A DNA stretch of 64,000 bases, from positions 8,776-72,775 of IMG/VR virus record IMGVR_UViG_3300021430_000864. One strand, written 5' to 3'. This DNA is from a virus (lineage: Duplodnaviria; Caudoviricetes). Position 1 is the first letter of the stretch; every line of letters starts with the position of its first letter. Below the pieces are notes generated by a model. It was not told where the DNA came from. It saw only the letters and a list, made by a program, of their open reading frames with translations, and did no database searches. The position numbers were made by a program, and so were the translations under genes. This document shows, piece after piece, positions 57,408 through 64,000 of this stretch.

Positions 57408-58046
57408 CTTTATTATAAATATACTGTTATAGTCCATGTGGGTATATTCGTTTAAAAAATCATACTTTAATAACCCAATTATGTCATATTCATCAGGGTT
57501 CAATCCCTTGACAATATCATCAACAGCACCTTTTACGTCAGGACTATATTGAAAATCCAAATAATCATCAAAACAAATATATCCACCACTGTTTACTAAT
57601 TTTGAATAGTGGTTAAAATCATTAAAAACACCAACTCTACTGTGGTTACCATCGATGAATAAAATATCTAAATTAGTTACCTTCTCATTGACTAATGATA
57701 CTATTTCAGGATTGGACGAGTCACCTTGAATATACTCAAATGTACTTGAACTATTTTTAAATTTGTTTATGTTTCTTTTTACAACATTTGGGTCAATAGG
57801 TGAACCTAAATCCAAACTATAACAATTTGTTGGGTAATCGTGAGATGAAATTAAAGATACCGAACATCCAGCATACGAACCAATTTCTAAATAGTTTATT
57901 GGTTTATCACCAAATTCTGTTCTAATATCATACAATATATGTGTATGTTTATGGAAAGTTTTCCCTTCCATTTCATTTGCAATCTTATTTATTTTGTTCA
58001 AAGATTCTTTAGTTATTTCAAATGAGTAGTTTTTATTTTCGTTCAT
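57399..58046 (-). CDS. Class I SAM-dependent methyltransferase (Methyltransf_24-like)
   Basis: YLEIGSYAGCS, IQGDS, LFIDGNH, GGYICFDDY. Confidence 0.88.
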   Translation of the reverse strand: MNENKNYSFEITKESLNKINKIANEMEGKTFHKHTHILYDIRTEFGDKPINYLEIGSYAGCSVSLISSHDYPTNCYSLDLGSPIDPNVVKRNINKFKNSSSTFEYIQGDSSNPEIVSLVNEKVTNLDILFIDGNHSRVGVFNDFNHYSKLVNSGGYICFDDYLDFQYSPDVKGAVDDIVKGLNPDEYDIIGLLKYDFLNEYTHMDYNSIFIIKKK

Positions 58047-58737
58047 ATCCTTCTTCTAAATGTTTACATGTTATTTTGTTTACCAAACAACCGGGTTTAT
58101 TAATTGATTTTAAATAATTGGAGGTTCTTTCCCATAAATCAGCATCCCCCGGTAAACCAATTCTTCCGGTTTCTTCATACACATTTCTATGTCTTAGGGG
58201 TATTTCTTTAAAGTTTATACATACAGATGAATGAATTAAACCTTGTGGAACGGGATAAAATGGGACGAATAAATCAGAACTGTCAGTTTGTGGTAATATT
58301 CTACCACCAACGTATTGTGATTTAGTACATAACCATAAAGCACCCGTGGCATCAATACCGTCTTTTAAACTAGACAGGTGATTTACTTCCCACTCATCAT
58401 CATGGTCTAAGTGACAAACATAATCATAACCCATTTCTACCGATTTATTTATACCATAATTGTTGGCAGTACCACCGGCATAATTCCATATTAACCACTT
58501 GTCTGTATATTTTTCTCTTTCAGCTGCGAATGGTAAATTTTCGTAATATAGTTTTTCAGAATCATAAGAGGAAAAAATGTTTTTAAACTCATCTTCATCT
58601 TCATAATGGTCACCAATTACAAAAATCATAAAGTCTTTGTAGTCTTGAGCAAATATTGAATCTAATGCCCTTTTTAAGTAAAACGGTGTTTTTAAATCTT
58701 TTCTTTGGTATGTTGTGATAACAATCGAAAATGTCAT
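58033..58737 (-). CDS. GT2-family glycosyltransferase
   Basis: FSIVITTYQR, ALDSIFAQDY, YVCHLDHDDEW (DxD), IHSSV, DADLW. Confidence 0.9.
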   Translation of the reverse strand: MTFSIVITTYQRKDLKTPFYLKRALDSIFAQDYKDFMIFVIGDHYEDEDEFKNIFSSYDSEKLYYENLPFAAEREKYTDKWLIWNYAGGTANNYGINKSVEMGYDYVCHLDHDDEWEVNHLSSLKDGIDATGALWLCTKSQYVGGRILPQTDSSDLFVPFYPVPQGLIHSSVCINFKEIPLRHRNVYEETGRIGLPGDADLWERTSNYLKSINKPGCLVNKITCKHLEEGYERK

Positions 58738-59465
58738 TGTTTTAATGTTGGTTTATATATGTAAGGATTTGGGAATCCTCTATTTATGAAGTCTTCTTCT
58801 AACATATTTGTATATCGATAATGACAAGACCATCTTATTGTGTCATTTAAAATTTCACCCGATGAATGTATTAATAACGTTGAAAAAATTGCGATATCAC
58901 CAACTTCCATTTCTGGTTGTATTGGTTGACCTTTAGTGACCACAGATGCAAATCCACCAATAGTGGTATAAGGTTGTGGTCCTAATTTATGAGTACCCGG
59001 CCACATTAAAATTGAACCATTATCTTTATTTACGTCAACCAACGGCACCCAAACCACTAATGAATCCATACTTGATAACATTGATAACCAATCTTGGTGA
59101 GGTGGTGTTTTATAATAAACCTCTTCTTTTGATAATTTCGGGTGATTGAAAAACAATACAGGTCTAGTACATAGATTAGGAAACTCAACACCTAATGATT
59201 TAATAGTTTCAACTAATTTATCTTCTACAGGTAATTTATACAATTCTATTAAACCAGATTGAATTATTTTACCACAATTAATGAAAATATCTTCATGTTC
59301 ATTGAATAATTTAATCATGTTTTCTTTAAAATCACCATCATATCCAAACTTATTAAATTGAATTTTGAAAATGTTTTCCGCTTTCGATTTTATTTTTTCA
59401 ATATAACCTTTATCAAAAAAATTTTTGAGTATAATATATCCTTCTTCTTTAAGTTGTTGTTGCAT
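58734..59465 (-). CDS. PhyH-like Fe(II)/2-oxoglutarate dioxygenase
   Basis: EEGYIILKNFF, TPPHQD (HxD), VVWVPLVD, NGSILMWPGTH, GDIAIFSTLLIHSS. Start placed at MQQQ (59465); the track gives 59498. Confidence 0.85.
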   Translation of the reverse strand: MQQQLKEEGYIILKNFFDKGYIEKIKSKAENIFKIQFNKFGYDGDFKENMIKLFNEHEDIFINCGKIIQSGLIELYKLPVEDKLVETIKSLGVEFPNLCTRPVLFFNHPKLSKEEVYYKTPPHQDWLSMLSSMDSLVVWVPLVDVNKDNGSILMWPGTHKLGPQPYTTIGGFASVVTKGQPIQPEMEVGDIAIFSTLLIHSSGEILNDTIRWSCHYRYTNMLEEDFINRGFPNPYIYKPTLKQ

Positions 59466-60345
59466 ATCCAATACCTGTTTTTCCAAATTGATTACCATTA
59501 TAAAACATAATTAATTTTTTTTCATTTTCAATTATAAATGGATAACATGTCATTAAATTATCCCAATCAGAATTTTCCGTTATGTCTAAATCAATTTCAT
59601 TATTTTTTAACCAATTTATCCCATCCAATGATGTTGCGGTTTTAATTCTGTATGAATGATTTATATCTTCTCTATAATTTGCTTTATCTCTTATGGAATA
59701 CCACATTTTATAGTGGTCATCAATTTTTATAACTCTACATGATGAAATACCCCCCTCGTTTTTTTCCAATGGTATTGAGACAATTCCTGTTGGAATCCAA
59801 TCAATACCATTTACAGATGTTGCATATTTTATATCATAAATCGGTTCAATTTTTTCATTAACCTCAATCCATTCTGAACATGAAAGATACCACATCTTCC
59901 ATTGGTTATTTTCTATTAATATTTCTACCGTACCGATGTAACCGGGTTCTTTATATGACGTGTGAAATATTGGTCCTTTTGAAAATTTATTCCAACTATT
60001 ACCATTATCTTCACTAATTGCTAAACCTAAATTATTATGATATGGGACATCTTGTCTTAACGACCACCCAATATAGTAGAGGTATTTTTTACCATCATGG
60101 GTCACTATATCGGTTGGCATTATTCCTGCCCAATCAAATAATCCTCTATTACCTAAAGATAAAATAGGTTCAATTGATTCATTTAAAATTATTGATGGGT
60201 CATCTTTCCTCACATCAATAAACATCGGGTTACTCTTACCATTAACTCTTGTTGAATAATAGATACGATAAAATGATTCGTACTCATCAACAACCGGAAC
60301 TTGTGCGTGATGTTTGTTGAAAATATTACCTTTTTTAATCCACAT
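59449..60345 (-). CDS. Five-bladed beta-propeller glycoside-hydrolase-like protein (GH32/43/130-like fold)
   Basis: HAQVPVV, RIYYS, PILSLG.RGLFD, YLYYIG, GLAISEDNGNSW, KYATSVNGIDW, KTATSLDGINW, YPFII. Confidence 0.7.
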   Translation of the reverse strand: MWIKKGNIFNKHHAQVPVVDEYESFYRIYYSTRVNGKSNPMFIDVRKDDPSIILNESIEPILSLGNRGLFDWAGIMPTDIVTHDGKKYLYYIGWSLRQDVPYHNNLGLAISEDNGNSWNKFSKGPIFHTSYKEPGYIGTVEILIENNQWKMWYLSCSEWIEVNEKIEPIYDIKYATSVNGIDWIPTGIVSIPLEKNEGGISSCRVIKIDDHYKMWYSIRDKANYREDINHSYRIKTATSLDGINWLKNNEIDLDITENSDWDNLMTCYPFIIENEKKLIMFYNGNQFGKTGIGYATTT

Positions 60346-60346
60346 T

Positions 60347-61027
60347 TTAATAAACCTCTATTGCCGTTTTATTTTGTTTTTTAGCTGGAAGACCCATATA
60401 AAAACTATTGTCTTCTGTTGATTTTGTTATTAAACTACCCATAGCAATAAGACAACCTTCACCTATTGTTGTATAATCCCTTATTGTTGAATTAACACCG
60501 AACCAAGCCCTATCTTTAACATGACAATGTCCTGATAATACCACATGAGAGGTGAAAAAAACATGGTCATCTATTTGTCCATGATGACCAATATGGTTAC
60601 CACTCCACATTACAACATTATTCCCTATTGTGGTAAACGGTTGAATCGTATTATCTTCTAATATAAAACAATTCTCACCAATCTTATTACCAAAAACCGT
60701 TGCTCTACTTGAAACATACGATATATATTCATAACCTTTATGTTTACCCTCTTCATATATTTTTTGTCTAAGGGTGTTCATTTTAACACCGGTCATTGGT
60801 GCAAAAAACAAAAACTCAGAAGGTGGGTAATGATTTTCTAACTCCTCAAATGGAACAACATCATATTCAATTTCAGACCCTCTTGGTTTAAATTTATTTG
60901 ATGTCATATAACTTTTATTTACAGTAAATGCAACTACTTCATAGTTACTGTCATTGGTTAAATAAAAATGAGCTAATTCCGCTGTGTCCAACACACCAAA
61001 AATTACTACTTTATTTTTTTTACTCAT
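60347..61027 (-). CDS. Sugar N/O-acetyltransferase with hexapeptide repeats (NeuD/PglD-like)
   Basis: N-terminal VIFG Rossmann-like domain, left-handed beta-helix repeats (IGENCFI, IGNNVVM, IDDHVFF, VKDRAWF, IGEGCLI), and GLPAK. Confidence 0.88.
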   Translation of the reverse strand: MSKKNKVVIFGVLDTAELAHFYLTNDSNYEVVAFTVNKSYMTSNKFKPRGSEIEYDVVPFEELENHYPPSEFLFFAPMTGVKMNTLRQKIYEEGKHKGYEYISYVSSRATVFGNKIGENCFILEDNTIQPFTTIGNNVVMWSGNHIGHHGQIDDHVFFTSHVVLSGHCHVKDRAWFGVNSTIRDYTTIGEGCLIAMGSLITKSTEDNSFYMGLPAKKQNKTAIEVY

Positions 61028-61689
61028 ATTAATGTGTATTTTTTTAAATCTTCAATTAACAAATCTTTTGGTTTTGTGTATAAACTATCTAATATCGAGA
61101 CATATGGATTTATAATATTATCACTCATCTTAATGAATGATAATTCAATTCCGTTTTCTAAAAAATACTCTTTATCATAAAGAGATTGACCACCAATCGC
61201 ATTAATGTAGCTATCACCATTAAGTGACTTTGTGATTTCAATTAGACCATCACCTTTCTTCTTATTTGTTAAACCAACTGAAGTGTCAATAAACTCAGTT
61301 TGAATTAAAAGGTATTTAGATATTTTTTTAATCAAATTGAAATTAAAGTCAGAAATATTAATATTATCATCGACAAAACATGGGTTAATAATTTCATCAT
61401 TAACTATATTATAGTTTGGTGACTTTGAATATAATTGATGTAATGTTTTTTTAAATTTATCATTGTAATTTTTTTCAAAATTAACATAAATTTCTCTACA
61501 ATTTTTATTTTGACTTGCAGAATGAACGTGTACACCAACCCTAACGTTGTCCTTGATTATGTTTCGAGTCATGTAACTTCTTTTCATAAAAGAAACGTGG
61601 TCTAAATTAACATAAACGTCAACAGAGTCAATTAATTGAAAATACCCTATATAGGGTAAAAAATATGGTTGCATTATACCGATTTTCAT
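61024..61689 (-). CDS. WbqC-family protein (proposed glycyltransferase)
   Basis: MKIGIMQPYFLPYIGYFQLI...RNII...YSKSP...YINAIGG..LY..VSILD. Confidence 0.9.
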   Translation of the reverse strand: MKIGIMQPYFLPYIGYFQLIDSVDVYVNLDHVSFMKRSYMTRNIIKDNVRVGVHVHSASQNKNCREIYVNFEKNYNDKFKKTLHQLYSKSPNYNIVNDEIINPCFVDDNINISDFNFNLIKKISKYLLIQTEFIDTSVGLTNKKKGDGLIEITKSLNGDSYINAIGGQSLYDKEYFLENGIELSFIKMSDNIINPYVSILDSLYTKPKDLLIEDLKKYTLI

Positions 61690-61702
61690 ATCACAAATAC
61701 TT

Positions 61703-62344
61703 TTATTGTTGATATACTTTGAATTTAGATAAATCAGGATACCTCAGTTCTAAATCTTCATTATGTTTTGGTGTATTTGTATCGGTATCATAAAATTGAG
61801 AAATCAACAGTAAACCTCTTGCAGCTAATTCAGGCATCATATAAAAATTCCAACCAATAACAGGGTTGATATCGAAATTATCTTCATGATAACTACATTC
61901 ATCCCTACCACTAAATCTAGCCTTTTTAAACCATTTGTACGCTTCCTCATTGTCGGTTAAGATTGCACCACCTTTACCTAATTTTAGGTGTTTATATGGT
62001 CCGGTAAATGAAACACACATGTGTGTTCCCGGTATGTACATGTTTGTTGTGAATCGAAGAGCACTATCCCAAACATTTGTTGGATATAATTGGTAAGCAC
62101 CTTTAATTGTTTCACCTTCAACATGTCTAAATTTAACTTTTGCACCAGCGTGTATTATTTCGCAAGGAACAGATGGATATGTTCTTGAGGGTATTTCGAT
62201 TTCCATACCATTAACTTTTTCATACATTAACGCCAAAAATAATGCATTACTTTGATTATCCACCGCCACAACATATTTGGCTCCCGTATAGTCTGATAAT
62301 TTTTTTTCAAATTCTTCGGTAATTTTATGAACTCCTTGTGCCAT
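61703..62344 (-). CDS. DegT/DnrJ/EryC1/StrS-family PLP sugar aminotransferase (short form)
   Basis: FEKKLSDYTGAKYVVAV, ALFLAL, WDSA, SFTGPYKHLKLGKGGAILT (PLP lysine), GWNFYM. Confidence 0.85.
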   Translation of the reverse strand: MAQGVHKITEEFEKKLSDYTGAKYVVAVDNQSNALFLALMYEKVNGMEIEIPSRTYPSVPCEIIHAGAKVKFRHVEGETIKGAYQLYPTNVWDSALRFTTNMYIPGTHMCVSFTGPYKHLKLGKGGAILTDNEEAYKWFKKARFSGRDECSYHEDNFDINPVIGWNFYMMPELAARGLLLISQFYDTDTNTPKHNEDLELRYPDLSKFKVYQQ

Positions 62345-62345
62345 A

Positions 62346-63857
62346 TTAATTTAATTTAACGATTTTATTTTCTATTTTATTGATATTTTGATATATGAAT
62401 GGTAAAAGTGTTTCAAAAAAATCTTTATTTGATTTTTCTGATTTATCATCTGAATCATTTCTTGTTTGTGACTCATAATGATATGCCACCGACTTATTTG
62501 AGATAATGTTTTTATATTTAAGAATAACACATTTTAAATTCAATTCAACATCTTCAAAACAATCAATATAGTTTTCATTAAACATACCTAATGTTTCAAA
62601 TAATTTTTTTCTAATCATTAATAACGCTCCGGTATTACCAATCACCTCTAAATTTTGAACATTAAATCCGTAATATGATTTTAAACCCACATGACTTAAT
62701 TTGATTTTATTTTGATTGTCATTAAATATGACAATACCACCATGTTGAAGGGTGTTGTCTTCAAAGTGAAGTCTGGCACCCACTGTTCCCACATTATTAT
62801 TCTCTTTATAGACCGTCAACATATTGTGAATGACATTATTCATCAACTTAATATCGTTGTTACAAAATAAAATAAATGAGTACTCATCACTTATATGATT
62901 TCTCACAACATCGTTATTTATCTTTCCAAAGTTATAATAATCATATTCGATTAAATTAACATCACCTAAAGAAAGAATATTCTCTTTTATCCATGATTTT
63001 TCTTCATCTGTTGAACCGGTGTCGGCAATAAATACAGAAAACAAATTCGGGTCACAATGTTCATAAAATGATTTAACACAATTATGTAACATTTCGACTT
63101 TACCTTTGGTTAGTATAATAACCGCAACCCTACCAATGTTTTTTAATGGTTTTTCTTTTACATGCTCGATGTATATTTTTTTAGGTTTTAAGTCTAACGG
63201 TAAAACTGATTTATATTTTTCTACAAATTTCTCTTTTGTTTCGAAAAACTCTTCGTTTGGTTGACCTACTGATTGGTGAGTAATATCGAATGATGACGTA
63301 ACACCTATTTTTACACCATCTAAAAAATTTGGTAAACAAAAAGAATGGTCGTAGAAATGGAATTTACCAATTGTTTCATCAAATTGGTGTTTTATTTTTG
63401 TTTTGTCTAATCCGATAAACAGACCATCAATTGAAACAACCGGAATCAATTCAGGTAACTTTGTTGAGTATCTACTTAACCATTTATTTTGTCCATCCGG
63501 ATGGTGGTAAACTTGACCAACCATAGTTTGTCTCATTCTCTCCCAATAAATCCCTGATTCGGGAAAATAACACGTACCGGCCTTACCTATTATACCATAG
63601 TCAGGATTATTTTCAAAATCTCTTAGTATTTTTTTACCCCAACCTGTTTCTAATTTAATGTCGTTGTGTATGCAAACAATGATGTTATTTTTTGATTCTT
63701 TGATACCCCTATTATAAACTTCCGCCAATGAATATTGATTAAAATTCTCGTATTCAAGTATTTCGAAATTTTTAATACCAATACTTTTATTGAGGTGTTC
63801 TTTAAACTTTTTATTGTAATCTGAATCTTTGTGTGTTGAATATATTATTGTAATCAT
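62346..63857 (-). CDS. Two-domain glycosyltransferase (GT2-like N-terminal domain + GT2 C-terminal domain)
   Basis: N-terminal SLAEVYNRG, CIHND, FHFYD. C-terminal ADTGSTD, FCNNDI, GTVGARL, NTGALLMI, EDVELNL, AYHYESQTR. Confidence 0.9.
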   Translation of the reverse strand: MITIIYSTHKDSDYNKKFKEHLNKSIGIKNFEILEYENFNQYSLAEVYNRGIKESKNNIIVCIHNDIKLETGWGKKILRDFENNPDYGIIGKAGTCYFPESGIYWERMRQTMVGQVYHHPDGQNKWLSRYSTKLPELIPVVSIDGLFIGLDKTKIKHQFDETIGKFHFYDHSFCLPNFLDGVKIGVTSSFDITHQSVGQPNEEFFETKEKFVEKYKSVLPLDLKPKKIYIEHVKEKPLKNIGRVAVIILTKGKVEMLHNCVKSFYEHCDPNLFSVFIADTGSTDEEKSWIKENILSLGDVNLIEYDYYNFGKINNDVVRNHISDEYSFILFCNNDIKLMNNVIHNMLTVYKENNNVGTVGARLHFEDNTLQHGGIVIFNDNQNKIKLSHVGLKSYYGFNVQNLEVIGNTGALLMIRKKLFETLGMFNENYIDCFEDVELNLKCVILKYKNIISNKSVAYHYESQTRNDSDDKSEKSNKDFFETLLPFIYQNINKIENKIVKLN

Positions 63858-64000
63858 CCTCTTAGTAATTTGAAATTTTTGAACATGTAACCATCATAAC
63901 TGTAATCTAAATGGTGTAAAATACCTGTCGGTCCCGGTAATGGTTGAACCGGAACTAAATCTTGTGCAATTGTTCTCGCAAAAATTCTCTGCACATTTAA
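63854..64000 (-). CDS. 3' end of a short protein containing a T4 gp23 (major capsid)-like fragment; 5' part outside the window
   Basis: LNVQRIFARTIAQDLVPVQPLPGPTGILHHLDYSY...RG*. This resembles gp23 VRRAIPNLIAFDICGVQPMNSPTG. Its stop overlaps the GT ATG. Confidence 0.65.
   Translation of the reverse strand, partial: LNVQRIFARTIAQDLVPVQPLPGPTGILHHLDYSYDGYMFKNFKLLRG

Noticed and set aside
1-64000. Stop-codon recoding (TAG or TGA read as sense), as seen in some large Bacteroidota phages
   Set aside because: Known genes (nrdA, sbcC, clpP, GTs) are full length under the standard code, and coding density is high.
1-64000. Eukaryotic or giant-virus (NCLDV) origin, suggested by mucin-like proteins and a eukaryote-like RNR
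   Set aside because: Contractile-tail baseplate genes, a bacterial sigma factor, coupled operons and rho-independent terminators indicate a bacteriophage.
57399-64000. Host O-antigen locus or a prophage boundary
   Set aside because: No wzx/wzy/ABC exporter. GAC-C codon bias (GATC avoidance) continues, and the operon is coupled to a gp23-like fragment.
1-64000. tRNA/rRNA genes, transposases, integrase, reverse transcriptase/DGR
   Set aside because: Intergenic gaps are short and show no cloverleaf or T-loop GTTCGA context. No ORF carries the relevant catalytic motifs.

Overview
This window is from a large, AT-rich tailed-phage genome (jumbo/huge myovirus type). It is not a cellular chromosome, and the host is probably a member of Bacteroidota. 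It contains six blocks. (1) Class Ia ribonucleotide reductase: nrdB, truncated by the window edge, and nrdA. (2) A ~33 kb contractile-tail baseplate/virion block (3079-36433) with gp25-like, gp6-like and P2 gpI-like wedge genes. The block also holds four Thr/Pro-rich mucin-like proteins. The largest is 2737 aa with ~2000 aa of near-pure T/P/S/V/I repeat. They carry Cys-rich, LamG-like or beta-propeller modules. (3) A recombination/replication block: RuvC-like resolvase, tail-tube paralogue, primase, PD-(D/E)XK nuclease, SbcD, SbcC. (4) ClpP, membrane proteins, an RpoD-family sigma factor, a degenerate amidase, acidic head-type proteins and an Hc1-like histone. (5) A Dam-family methyltransferase, AAA ATPase, thioredoxin and a CGHC glutaredoxin-like protein. 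(6) A minus-strand 8-gene sugar-biosynthesis/glycosyltransferase operon preceded by a truncated gp23-like capsid fragment. The most interesting candidate system is a phage-encoded glycosylation pathway paired with very large mucin-like virion proteins, i.e. a possibly glycan-coated phage. Other leads are a probable -1 frameshift at 48234-48243, apparent complete GATC avoidance beside a Dam-family gene, two promoter classes, and a pseudoknot-like element after nrdA. All calls were made by eye from motifs. No database searches were run.
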